NCBI RefSeq assembly: GCF_009914755.1 | Contig: NC_060930.1 | Reading direction: 5' to 3' (one strand) | Length of the DNA stretch: 64,000 bases | Source: the human T2T-CHM13v2.0 reference genome, Homo sapiens | Shown: one piece after another, positions 45,771 through 58,130 of the stretch | Position numbering within the stretch: position 1 is the first letter of the stretch | Layout: each line of letters starts with the position of its first letter | Notes under the pieces: model-generated | What the model was told of the DNA's origin: nothing | Database searches by the model: none | What the model saw: the letters and a program-made list of their open reading frames with translations, nothing else | Position numbers and translations under genes: made by a program

Positions 45771-48700
45771 TCAACGTGGAGTAATGGTGAGTGATGCCAC
45801 TTCCACTTCCAGCCCTTGATTCTTGGACTCCTGAATTCTGGCTATGGGAGAAACAGTACCATATAACAGCTGCTGATTCAGAACATACATAGCCTTCTGG
45901 AGAACTCTGCCCCAACCCTGCAAAGTATTGTCACTTGGTTGGCATTGTAATTGTGACTTCAAAAGACCATTACACCATTCTTTCAAGCCAGCTGCTTCAG
46001 AATAATGGGGAGATGATAAGACTAGTGAATGCCGTAAGCATGAGCCAACTGCCACACTTCTTTGTCTGTGAAATGAGTTCCTTGGTCAGAGGTAATGCCA
46101 TGTGGAATGTCATTGCAGTGGCTGAGGGATTCTGTGAGTCCACTGATGATAGTATTGGTGGAAGTATTGTATGCAGGAAAGGCAAAATTATATTCTAAGT
46201 AAATGTCTATTCCAGTAAGGACAAACAACTGCCTCTTCTATAATGAAAGAGTTCCAGTGTAACAAAGCTGCCACCACGTAGGTGGTTGACCACCCTGAGA
46301 AATGGTCCCATATCAAGTGTTCAGTATTGGTTTCTGATGTAGGTGGATTGGACACCCAGTGGTGTCCAGTAGTGTCCAGTGGTGGCATTAGAAAGGTCAG
46401 CCTTTGTAAGTAAAAGTCCATGGTACTGAGTCCACACATAACCTCCATCCCTGCCACCATGGCCACTTTATTTAGGAGCCCATTGAGTGATGGCAGAGGT
46501 GGCTGGAGAAAGAAGCTGAGTGGTGGCCACAGAATGGGCCATTTTATCCATTTGATTATTAAAATCCTCCTCTTCTGAAGTTGCCCTTTGGTGAGCATTC
46601 ACATGAGACTCCTTCACGGTTTTTGACTACTCAGACAGGTCCATACACATACCTTTGCCCCAAATGTCTTTGTCCCTAATTTTCCAATTACATTCTTTCT
46701 AAGTCCCTGATCATCCAGCCAAACCATTGGCTACCACCCATGAATCAGTATACTGTCACACATTAGGCCATTTCTACTTCAACTAAAGTGCACAACCAGG
46801 TGCAGTGCTCAAAGTTTTGTTAACTGGGAAAATTTCCCTTCACCACTGTCCTTCAGGGACATCCCTGAAAGGGGTTGTAGTGCTACAGCTGTTTACTTTC
46901 AGGTGGTGTCTGCATATCATGCAGAACCATCTGTAAGTCAGGTTCTAGTCTTCTCTTCTTCTATCAACTAATCATAGGAAACTCCCCATGAGGCCAAAGG
47001 TGCAAGCTGGGAGAGAGAAGGCAGAGTGGCAGGAGTGAAGACCATGGGCATTTTAGCCACTTCCTCATGTAGCTTGCTTGTGCCTTCAGGACCTGCTCAA
47101 GCCCAATTAAATATATTCTACTTCCATTTGATTGTTGAATGCTGCTTTGTACACCCAACTTTATGGCTAGATGGATCAGAAAGCACCCAGGTCATTATAG
47201 GCAATTTAGGTCAAATGACAATTTAATAATCCATAGTCAAACATCAATTTCTACCAAGGCCCAGTAGCAGGCCAAGAGCTATCTCTCTAAAGGAGACTAG
47301 TTATCTGCAGAAGATGGTAGAGCCTTACTACAAAATTCTAGAGGCCGCTTCTGTGATTCACCTATGGGGGCCTGTCAAAGGCTCCCAACAGCATTGTTAT
47401 CTGTCACTGACACCTCAAACCCTATTGGATCTGCTGGGTCATATGGCTCAAGTGGCAGAGCAGCTTGCACAGCAGCCTGGACCTGTTGCTGAGCCTTCTC
47501 CTATTTTAGGCCCCACTCAAAACTATCAGCCTTCTCAAAAAATGGGCCAGAGTAACACACCTAAATGAAGAATGTGGTGCCTCCAAAATACAAATAGGCC
47601 CACTAGGCATTGTGTTTTATCATGATTTTAGGAGGGGCCAAATCCAACAACTTATTTTTTGCCATAGAAGGAATATCTCAACAGGCCCCACACCATTGAA
47701 CCCTTAGAAGTTTTACTGAGCTTGAAGTCCCCTAAATTTTAGCCAAATTTGTTTTCCATCCCTTGACATGGAAATTTCACACCAATAAGTTCAGAGTGGT
47801 TTCTGCTTCTCACTCACTGGGTCCATTGGGTCCATGATGTCATCAATGTAATGGACTAGTGTAATATCTTGTAGAAGGGAAAAGCAATCAAGATCTCAGT
47901 GAACAAACTTATGACATATGGGTGGAGAGTTGATATACCCCTGAGGGAGGACTGTGAAGGTATATTGCTGGCCTTGTCAACTAAAGGCAAATTGCTTCTT
48001 GTGGGACTTAGGGACAGGGATGGAGAGAAAGTCGTTTGCCAAATCAATAACTGCATATCAGGTACCTGGAAATATGTTAATTGGCTCAAGCAATGAAGCC
48101 ACATCTGGTAGAGCAACTGCAATTTGAGTCACCACTTTGTTAAACTTACCATAATTCCCTGCTATTCTCAAAGATCCATCTGTCTTCTGCATAGGCCAAA
48201 TAGGAGATTTGAACAGGGATGTAGTGGGGATTACACCCCTGCATCTTTGAAGTCCTTGGTAGTGGCACTAATATATGCAATCCCTTCAGGAATGCAATAT
48301 TGTTTTTGATTTACTATTTTTCCAGGTAGAGGCAGCTCTAATGGCTTCCTTTTGGTCTTTCCCACCACAGTAACCCTAACCCTTTATGTCAGAGAACCAA
48401 TGTGGGGATTCTGCCAGCTGCTAAGTATGTCTATTCCAATTATGTATTTTGGCATTGGGGAAATGCCCACAGGATGTGTCCATGGATCTACTGGAGCCAC
48501 TATAAGTCAGACCTGAGCTAAAATTCCATTAGTTACCTGACTTCCATAAGTCCCTAATTGTGGGTTACTTCCATAACCCACAATAATATTTTCAGTCCCC
48601 TGAAATCAATGTCAGTTCAGAGCCAGTGGCCACTAGTACTTGAAAGGTCTTCTTATTCCCCTTTCCTCCAGTGTATAGTGACCCTGGTAAAAGGATGGAA
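45771..48700 (-). pseudogene. ERV-L pro-pol remnants (protease, RT, RNase H, integrase)
   Basis: Protease-like ATGSELTL (~48610-48635); RT LVHYIDDI with YIDD at 47839-47850; RNase H TDGSA (~46920-46935); integrase ITSDQGTHFT and EAAGLKEWCNGLLK. Confidence 0.9.
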
Positions 48701-48789
48701 GTCTTCTTGGGGAAGGATGGGAGAATGATTAACAGTATAAATTTGTGGTAGTGTAGTGGGGTCCTTCTCAAGAAGACCTGTCCTTACCT

Positions 48790-50511
48790 TCACTGAAAGT
48801 GTTCTGGGTCTGTAAACTGCTCAAGCCTGGAAATTGATAGAATGGCTGTGATTCTGTTTTTATCATTCAAATTAGACTTCAGTCCACTTGACCTGAAAGT
48901 TTTCTGCTTACACAACTCAGATAAAAACACAGTAGGCTTCTCATCAATTTTCCTTCTAGGAAGGCCATGATTAATTAGCCAATGCCAGAGCTCTATATGA
49001 GTCAGACTATTCTGACTGTTGCTTTGCCTCTGCTGTTCATTATCATAAATATGCCCCCCTTGCCTTTGATAGTAGAGTGACACCACTTGGCCCCTGCTAC
49101 CTAGGGATCCAATTATTTCCATTGCATTTAAGTTTTCCAGTTAAGTCACTGTGGTTCCCACTGTAAGATCTGACATACAGAGAAAATGTCACAAATGTCA
49201 AAAATTCTGGTTCTCCCCTCACAAATTTATTTTGCAAGGTATTGGTGAAGTGTATGTCTTCAGGATCCTCCCAGTTGGGGCAGTAGGTCTAAAGTGACAA
49301 ATCCACTCTAACATTCTAATCTTTCTAAGTCTTTGGACCCTTTCCTCTACATTAAACCAAGGGAGATTAGGCATGTCCAGTTCACTCAAAGTGGGCAATG
49401 TTTTGATCAATTTTCAGCTAACCAAGCAAATAAACTATTAGAACCTTGTTTAACTCCCCAAACTGCAACTTTAAATGCAGAATCTCTGGTTAGTGGGCCC
49501 ATATCAATAAATTCAGCCTGATCCAATTTTATGTTTCTACCACCATTCTCTCAGCCCCTTAATATCCATTTCCATAACTATTCTGTAGGTTTCTGCTTAT
49601 ATAAATTAGAAAACTCAGATCATTCATTTGGAGTGTAGCACACCTTCTCATGGGTCACACTGTACCTCACCACCACAGGGCTGCTGGAACTTGAATCTAG
49701 TTACAGGGGTGGTGGGAGTGGGTCCTGAAGAGAATCAGCATTGTGTTGCCTAGCAGCTGCCTCAGGGGAGGCTATTGTTCTTCGCTCATGCAATGCAGAG
49801 TTAATCTTGTCAGACAAAGGTAAAAAGGCTGATAACAGCCTGTATGAGGCAGAGGAAAATTGCCACCACAGGGGGAATGGGGGGAGGCCATTTCCTCTAG
49901 AAAAAAAAAAAAAAAAAGGCTCATCAGAATTTAGAAGCTTAGTGTCCCCAGCTTCATCAGGGTCCTCCCACACATAACTATTCCAAGTTACAGGGACCCA
50001 TTTTTTTCCCAATCAAAGCCGCCACTTTAAACAGTGGACATATGGCAAGGCTGAGTATGCACCTATTGTTTTAGGTCAGCCACTCAAGCTTGTGTCTGAA
50101 TTTCAGCAATTTCAGCCCTTTGTCTCCAAAAAAATAAGAGTCTCACCAGGGTACCCTTAGAAGCTTTGAGGCTAAACATATGCTTTTACAGCTGGGAGAT
50201 ATATCCCTGAGCTCATCCTTTTATTTCATCACTTTGTCCAGCAAACTTAGGAGCAACCAATGAACTTCATTATAGTTATTGGTTCTCCACAAATGTTCAA
50301 AGATATTATGTATAGAGTGACTAAACCTGCGGCTCGGGAATGGTGAATTAGAAGTATCAAATGCATTTATTTTGCACAACTCTCTAAACAATGCACACCA
50401 AGGACTATCAGTGCTCTTGGTACTATTAAAAATAGAGTCCTTAGCATTGGTAAGTCTAATCAGATTAGAAAGCCCTCTCAAGAAACCCCAAAATGAACTA
50501 AGGAAATCCAT
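48790..50511 (-). pseudogene. ERV-L gag remnants
   Basis: Fragments STDSPWCALFREL, GKKWVPVTWNSYVWEDPDEAGD, PTLSELDMPNLPWFNVEERVQRLR, LTHIELWHWLINHG; broken by stops and frameshifts. Confidence 0.85.
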
Positions 50512-50613
50512 CCTTAAAATTCTGCTTCTCTAGAACAACTTCTGGTACCAAATTCTGTATTACTCAGGGTTATCCAGAAGAACAGAACCAATAGCATATG
50601 TGTATATATGAAA

Positions 50614-51239
50614 TTATATAGTTGTTAAGAAGAAATTATTAAGGCAGATAGTGAGGGTAAGGAAGTCCTTGGTAAGGTTTTCCTTTTAATAAAAATAGCC
50701 CCCAAATCATTTATTTTCTAACAAAGAGCAGCCTACAAAATCAAGCTGCAGACATAGGCAAGCTAGAAACTTGCACAGATGAATGCTGGCAGCTGGGCCA
50801 ATAACTGGGGATAGGCATGTCCAACATGGTGGCTCCATCATCCCTACTCTTTGCCAGCCACATGTACAGTAAGGAGCCGGCAACATGGCAACAGCCAAAC
50901 AAAGACTCCATTTGCATAATAAGATTAGGATGGGGGCAGCCAGTTTCCTCACGCACTTTGTAAATGTCACACCTGGTCCAACCAATCTTTGGGCCCTATG
51001 TAAATCAGCCACCACCTTGTCAAGCCTGTCTATAAAATCCGGTTCACTCTGCTGTGGGCTGGAATTCCTGTGAGGGTACCACTCTCTCACACAGGAGAGA
51101 GAGCTGTTCTCCTTTCTCTTTCTTTTGCCTAATAAACCTCCACTCCTAAACTTACTACTCATGTGTGTCTGCATCCTTGATTCCCTTGGTGTGAGACAAC
51201 GAACCTCAGGTATTTACCGCAGACAATGATTCTGCTTCA
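50614..51239 (+). mobile_element. LTR9-family (ERV1) solo LTR inserted in the ERV-L 5' LTR
   Basis: gttaagaagaaattatt.aggcagatagtgagggtaaggaagtcctt...; CCAAT ~50981, ctataaaa ~51030, aataaa 51131, ends ...gcttca; MLT2B sequence resumes immediately after. Confidence 0.82.
50910..50917 (+). promoter_or_regulatory. Perfect octamer ATTTGCAT (POU/OCT4-type) in LTR9
   Basis: ccATTTGCATaataaga seen directly; function inferred. Confidence 0.5.
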
Positions 51240-51956
51240 CAAGGGTGTGTATTGAGAAAACTGACTCATTAAATTATAAGGCAGAGCCCCACAATAGGCC
51301 ATCTCTTTTTTAAAAGAGAGAAACTGGTAATGGCTCAATCTAAATCTGAATGACTTAAAAGCAGGAAAGGTGGCAGAGCAACCTTCAGTCTGCAGCCAAA
51401 GGCTTGAGATATCTTGGGGAAGCCACTGACACAAGTCCAAGAGTTCAAAGTCCAGAGAACCTGGAGTCTCATGTTCAAGGGCAGGAGGAGCAGAAACAAG
51501 CATCTGGCATGAGAAGAAAAAAAAAGCAAGAAAACCCAGCAAGCAAGGTTATCCTAACTTTTTCTGACTACCCTGTCCTAGCACTACAGGCAACTGATTG
51601 GATGGTTCCCACCTACATTAAAGGTGGGTCTTTCTCTCCTTGTAGATCAACTCAAATCTCAACATTCTCTGGCAACACCCTCACAGATATACCCAGAAAC
51701 AATACTTTATCAGCCTTCTAGAAATCCTTCAATCCTATCAAGTTGATACCTAATATTAACCATCACAAGATTCATTTTGTCTATAGTGCAGATTAAGTCT
51801 GATGTTTCTTTGTTGATTTTCTGTCTGGAAGATCTGTCCAGTGCTGAAAGTGGGAGGTGAAGTCTCCAGTTTTTATTGTATTGTCTTTAGCTCTAATAAT
51901 ATTTTATATATTTGGGTGCTCCAGTGTTGGGTGCATATATATTTACAATTGTTATG

Positions 51957-52475
51957 TGTTGGGAGCCGAAAAAGCCAAAGGGACTGTGGCCAACTCAGCA
52001 TTCCACTGGAGGCTATATGATCAAACAGCAAACTGTTTATCATGAATGGCTATGTGATCAAACAGCAAACTGTTTATCATGAATGCAGGATGTGAGCAAA
52101 CTCACGTCTGCGCCTGCTGCCAGGAGGTTTGCTGAGGGCCATCACTCCCTGGCACCAGGCTCCTTGAAATTATCTACTGAGAAATCTAGTGCCTATTGTT
52201 CGAAGGATGCAGTCTCACAAGGCTGCTGTGAACAAAACAGCTGACTGACAATTACCCAACAATCACCCCACCTTTCTCATTATCTCTTCTACCTAATAAA
52301 TTCGGAGGGCTGAAAAAGCTCAGGGCCCTTGTCCACTAGAGGCAAGGTGGCCCCTGACCCCTTCTTCCAAGTATACTCTCTTGTCTTTGTCTTTTATTCC
52401 CACATTCGCTCCCTTTGTTCAGTCCACCAGGCTACGAGTGGCACCCCAAACAGCGACAAAATCAGATGCTCTACA
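51957..52475 (+). mobile_element. LTR3 (HERV-K HML-6) solo LTR
   Basis: TG...CA ends; ccaactcagcattccactggaggctatatgatcaaacagcaaactgtttatcatgaatg; 6-bp TSD gttatg/gttata within the L1. Confidence 0.88.
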
Positions 52476-53440
52476 GTTATATCCTCTTACTTAATTCACC
52501 CCTGTATCATTATATAGTGACTTTTTTGGGTCTTTTTTTATGGATTTTGTCTTGAAATCTATTTTTTCTGATATAAGTATAACTACTCCTGCTTTCTCAA
52601 TTTTCATTAACATGGAATATATTTTTCCATTTCTTTATTTAATCTGTGTGTGTCTTTATAGGTAAAATATTTTTCTTGCAGGTCACAGGTCAATGGGTCT
52701 TCTTTATTTATCCTTTCAGCCACTCTGGCTTTTGATTGGAGAGTTTGGTTCATTTAAATCTAATCTTATTATTGATAATTAAGGACTTACCCCTGCCATT
52801 TTGTTATTTGTTTTCTGGTTGTTTTGCAGTCTTCTTTTCTTCGTTCTTTCCCTCCTGTCTTCCTTTAGTGAAAGTAATTTTTTCTGGTGATAGATTATAC
52901 TTCTGGCTTTTTATTTTTATTTTTTTGTATCTGTTGTATGTTTTTTGGTTTGAGGTTACCAGGAAGCTTGCAAATAATATCTTGCAACCTATTATTTTAA
53001 GCTGATGACAACTTAGCACTCTCTAAACAAGTGAACAAACTAGCAAAAAGAAAACTAATAAAACTATGACTTAACTTTGTCCTCCTGATTTTTAACTTTT
53101 TTGTTGTTTCTATTTGTATCTTACTCTACTATGTCTTCAAAAGTTGTTGTTATTATTTTTGATTGGGTCATTGTTTAGTCTTTCCACTTAGGTTAAGAGT
53201 AACTTACATCCCACATATATAGTGTTATACTATTCTGTGTTTTTCTGTGTACTTCCTATTACCAGTGAGTTTTTTTACCTTTAGGTAATTACTTATTGCT
53301 CATTAACACCATTTTGTTTCTGATTGAAGTACTTTCTTTAGCATTTCTCATAGGACAGGTCTTCTGTTGAAATCCCTCAGCATTTGTTTGTCTGGAGAAG
53401 CCTTTATTTATCCTTCATATTTGGAAGGTATTTTTGACCA

Positions 53441-53739
53441 GCCCAACACAGTGGCTCATGCCTGTAATCCCAGCACTTTGGGAGGCCGAGGCGGGCAGAT
53501 CGCAAGGTCAGGAGATGGAGACCATCCTGGCTGACACGGTGAAACCCAGTCTCTACTAAAAATACAAAAAATTAGCTGGGCGTGGTGACAGGTGCCTGTA
53601 GTCCCAGCTACTCAGGAGGCTGAGGCAGGAGAATGGCGTGAACCTGGGAGGCGGAGGTTGTAGTGAGCGGAGATCCCGCCACTGCACTCCAGCCTGGGTG
53701 AAAGAGCAAGACTCCGTCTCAAAAAAAAAAAAAAAAAAG
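53441..53739 (+). mobile_element. AluY/Sc-like inside L1MA
   Basis: gagaccatcctggctgacacggtg, gaatggcgtgaacc; TSD aaggtattttt..cca. Confidence 0.93.
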
Positions 53740-56508
53740 AAAGGTATTTTTTGCCAGATATACTCTTCTAGGCTAATTCTTTTTTTTTTTTTTTCAGCTC
53801 TTTAAATTTATCTTGCCACACTGTCTCCTGGGTTGTAAGATTTCCACTGAAAAGTCTGCTGCCAGATGTATTGAAACTCCATTGTATAATATGTTATTTG
53901 TTTCTTTTCTCTTGCTGTTTTCAGGATGCTTTCGTTATCCTTGATCTTTGGGAGTTTGATTACTAAATGCCTTGAGATAGTCCTTTTTGGGTTAAATCTG
54001 CTTGGTGTCTATAACCTTTTTGTACTAGGGTATTGATATCTTTTTTGTAGGTTTAAGATCTTCTCTGTTATTATCCCTGTGAATACACTTTCTACCCCAA
54101 TTTCTTTTTCTTCTTCTTCTTTAAGGCCAATGACTATTAGATTTGCCCTTTTGAGGATATTTTCTAAATCCTGTCAGAATATTTTATTATTTTTTCTTCT
54201 TTTTTTGTTTCTTTTCTTCCTCTATGTATTTTAAAATAGCCTGTCTTCAAGCTCACTAATTCTTTCTTCTGCCTGATCAATTCTGTTACTAAATACCTTG
54301 ATGGATTTGTCTGTATGCCAATTACATTTTTAAGCTCCAGAATTTCTGCTTGATTCTTTTTTATTATTTCAGTCTCTTTGTTAACATTGTCTGATAGACT
54401 CTGAATTCCTTTTCTGTGTTATCTTGAATTTCTTTGTGTTTTTTCAAAATAGCTATTTTGAATCCTCTGTCTGAAAGGTCACATTCTCTGTTTCTCTAGT
54501 ATTGGTCTCTGTTAGCTTATTTAGTTTAATTTGTAAGGTCTTGTTTTTCTGGATTGTCTTGACACTTGTAGGTGTTCATCTGTGTCTCGGCATTGAAGAG
54601 TTAGGTACTTATGGTAGTCTTCAGAGTCTGGGCTTGCTTGCATTCATCCTTCTTGAGAAGGCTTTCTAGATACTCTAAAGCACTTGGGTGTTGTGATCTA
54701 ATCTCTATTGGCTTTAGGGTCCACCTCACACCCAATAATGTTGTGGTTCTTGCAAACTCGTAGAGGTACTGCCTTGATGGTGTTGGACAAGATCTGGGAC
54801 AATTCTCTGGATTACCAGGTAGAGACTATTATTCTCTCCCCTTACTTTCTCCCAAACAAACAGAGCCCCTCTCTCTGTTCTGAGCCACCTGAAGCTGGGG
54901 GCGGAGTGACGCAACCACCATTTTGGCCACTTCCATTATGACTGCACTGGATCAGACCTGAAGCCAGCACAGCACTGGCTTGCCCAAGGCCTACTGTAAC
55001 CACTCCCTGGCTACCACCTATGTTAATTCAAGGTCATGTGGTTCCACAAACAACAGGTGGAAAAGCCAGTCTGGCTTGTGCCCTTTCTTTCATGGAGGTG
55101 AGTTCCCTCAGGAGCCAGGTGGGTCCAGACTAGTCAGGGACTAGAGTCAAAAATCTTAATCTTTCTGGTGTTCTGTTTACTGCAGCTAAGCTGGCACTCA
55201 AACCACAAGATGCAGCTCTTTTTACTGATCCCTCCCCATTCCAAAGGCAGAGGAGCCTTATCTTGTAGCCACTGCCACTCCAGGCAGTGAGGAGTACTGC
55301 CAGATTACCAGCCAATGTTCCCTGAAGGCCCAAGGGCTTTTCAGTCTGCTTGTGGTGAAGGCTGCCTGTCTTGGGACTCACTCTTCAGGACATTGGGCTC
55401 CTCTCCAGCACAGGGAAGGTCTAGAAATGCTGTCTAGGAACCAAGTCCCAGAATTACAGACCCCAAGAGTTTGCTTAATGCTCTACAATTCTCTGGCTGA
55501 GCTGGCACCTAAGGTGCAAGACAACATCCCTTTTACATTTCCATCTGCTTTTCTCAAGCAGAGAGGGTCTTGTCCCGTAGCCATCACAACTGGGAATATG
55601 CTGAGCCTCATCTGAAGCTAGCAAGTCTCAGAGTCTCATCCAAGGCCCTCGATGTAGTACCTGGGTGTTGTTGCTGGCTATTCATGGCCCAAACACTCTT
55701 CAGTTAGCAGGTGATGAATGCTGACAGGAGTTCTTTCCTTCAAGGCAGCAGGTTCCCTTCTGGCCCAGGGTGTGTCCAAAAGTGTGATTTGAGAGTTAGG
55801 ATCTGGAAACGGTGTCTCATGACTCTGACCATTGCCCTATCTTGCTGTGGCTAAGCTGGTATGCAAGATGCAAGACAAAATCCTCTCCTCTCTTCCTTAT
55901 CCTCTCCTTAAGCATAAAGAAGTTTCTTTTGGAGTTGCAAGCTGTGCAATCTGGGATTAGGAGAGGGTTGATGCCAACAATCCCTTAGCCACCCCAGCTG
56001 GTGTCTCGGTAAGTCATGTGCCACCCCCTGCCCCAGTCTACTGGCTTTGGGTCCATTTAAGCACTAGGACTCACCTAGGACTTGCAGTCCTTTTAGCCTA
56101 CACTGCCTTTCAAGTTTATTTAGAGCCCCAGAGCACTGTAGCTCCAATGACAAGGCTTATAGGAACTCACATTCTGACGCTGTGATCAATGATTCCTGTC
56201 TGGCCAGAGCTGGTTTAAATGTTCCCTCTATGGGTGGGTGTCAGCTGAGTTTGATCTGGTTTTTCTTTCTGCTATAACAGGACAGCAGCAAGTTCAATGT
56301 CTCACAATTGCTCTCTGTGCTCTCCAACCCCCAGTGCATGGAAATGCTCTGTGAACCATACCTCTGCTTCTGGGGCATGAAAGGGGTTGAGGTCAGCTAT
56401 TCAAGATGGTGTGTTCTACCTCCTCATTTCTTCATTAAGTGATATAAAGTTAAAACTAGGTACTGTGAGTGCCTACCTTATTTTTGGTTCTTATGAAGAT
56501 GTTCTGGT

Positions 56509-56543
56509 GTTGTGTGTGTGTGTGTGTGTGTGTATGTGTGTGT
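56509..56543. repeat. (TG)n microsatellite
   Basis: Direct reading. Confidence 0.95.
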
Positions 56544-56549
56544 AGATAA

Positions 56550-57329
56550 TTTTTTTTTAATGTTAAGCTCAGTGGTACAAGTGCAGTTTTGTTACATAGG
56601 TAAACTTGTTTCATGGGGGTTTGCTGTACAGATTATTTCATCACCCAGGTATTAAGCCTAGTACCCATTATTTATTTTTCCTGATGCTCTCCCTCCTTCC
56701 CGCCTCCATGCTCTGGTAGGCCCTAGTGCCTGCTGTTTCCCTCTACATGTCCCTCTTTTCATCATTTAGCTTCCACTTATGAATGAAAACATGCAGTATT
56801 TGGTTTTCTGTTTCTGTGTTAGCTTGTTAAGGATAGTGGCCTTCAGTTTCATCCATGTCCCTGCAACATAATCTCATTCTTTTTTATGGATGCATAGTGT
56901 TCCATAGCATATATGTACCACATTTTCTTCATCCAGTCTATCATCGGTTTATAAATTGGATAATTTCGTGTCTTTGCTTTTGTGCATTTGTGTTTATATT
57001 AGAATAATTCATATTCCTTTTGGCATATACCCAGTAATTGGATTGCTAGATCAAATGGTATTTCTGCCTTTAGGTCTTTGAGGAATTGCCACATTGTCTC
57101 CCACAATGGCTGAACTAATTTACACTCTCACCAACAATGTATTAGCATTCCTTTTCTTTCACAACCTCATCAGCATCTGTTATTTTTTCACTTTTTGATA
57201 ATAGCCATTCTGACTGGGATTAGATGATATCCCATTGTGGCTTTGATTTGCATTTCTCTAACGATCAGTGATATTGAGCTTTTTTTCATATGATTGTTGG
57301 CCACCTGTATGTTTTCTTTTGAAAAGTGT
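56550..57329 (-). mobile_element. 5'-truncated L1PA (L1PA13-16-like) 3' end in the L1MA 5' UTR
   Basis: ttgttacataggtaaacttgtttcatgggggtttgctgtacagattatttcatcacccagg; the host 5' UTR resumes at ~57330. Confidence 0.85.
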
Positions 57330-57939
57330 GTTAAATTAGTGTCCTTGCAGGGAGGACGATAAGTAGAGCCTTCTATTTCACCATCTCATTTCACCTCAGA
57401 CTCCAAAAGTATTTTTAATACTTTCTATTAAAATTGTGGTTAGTTGCTATTTTCTATAAAAACAAGATGATTTTAATTTTTAAAAATAGAATTGTATCTA
57501 CACGTTAAAATTACTCAGAACACCCTTCATTGGATCCTCCATTTTGTTTATAATGAAATTTGTAGATTTCTTGCCTGCCTGGCTAATCTCAAATGTTTCA
57601 TTTCTTGCAACTAACCATGTGCATCACAAGCTCTGTAATTTTTCACTGTTACTTTTTGCAAGTTGTATGGTTTTGTGTTTTGTACTGAAGACCTCTTGAC
57701 TCAAACTGTTAACTCCATCTTTATTCTTATGACTACATATTCTTTGATTGTCAGAAGCAATGTCAAATTTCCCCTTTAGCAGGGAACAATGTCAGACTTC
57801 CCCTTCATCAGGGAATGTCTGCAGACTGAATTAACTGTCCTCTTATTTGAGCCACCATAGAATCCATTCAACTTTACGTAGCCACAGCTTATATCCTATT
57901 TTATCTTATTTGTTTTTACTTATTAAATTATTAAGAGGA

Positions 57940-58130
57940 TGGAACCTGGTACCAGACTTTCAATGTTGAATTCTGACTTTGCCACTCACTGGTTGTATAA
58001 TATTTGGCAAATGATCTCTCTGTGCTTCAGTTCTCTCTGCTGTAACAGAGGGTAGTATTAGTACTTACTTTATAGACATTTTAAGGAGATTAAGTGAGCT
58101 AATCTATATTAATAGCTATTTAAATGTTAT
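57940..58130 (+). mobile_element. MIR
   Basis: tgaattctgactttgccactcactggttgt...ttggcaaatga.ctctctgtgcttcagtt.tctc.gctgtaa...gagattaagtgag. Confidence 0.8.

Larger units (their letters stand above)
44348..51767 (-). mobile_element. Complete ERV-L provirus (MLT2B-type LTRs; HERVL/ERVL-B4-like internal region)
   Basis: LTRs 44348-44928 and 50556-51767, both tgtatta...aaccatcaca; TSD agatc/agatt; primer-binding site (PBS) tggtaccagaagttg next to the 5' LTR; polypurine tract (PPT) caaggggtggact next to the 3' LTR. Confidence 0.96.
40371..57403 (-). mobile_element. Apparently full-length L1MA (L1MA2/3-like) carrying five nested insertions
   Basis: 3' end catagtaggtgtatatatttatggtgtacatgag at ~40405; ORF2 40.9-44.3 kb resumes in register at 51768; ORF1-like 53.3-54.5 kb; 5' UTR 54.6-57.4 kb; candidate TSD aaaa(a/g)tatttt at ~40357 and ~57405. 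Confidence 0.88.

Noticed and set aside
46356-46386. ccagtggtgt triplication in ERV-L pol
   Set aside because: Simple 10-bp slippage in dead sequence
50707-51174. 155-aa ORF, the longest in the window
   Set aside because: Lies entirely antisense within the LTR9 solo LTR; no domain resemblance
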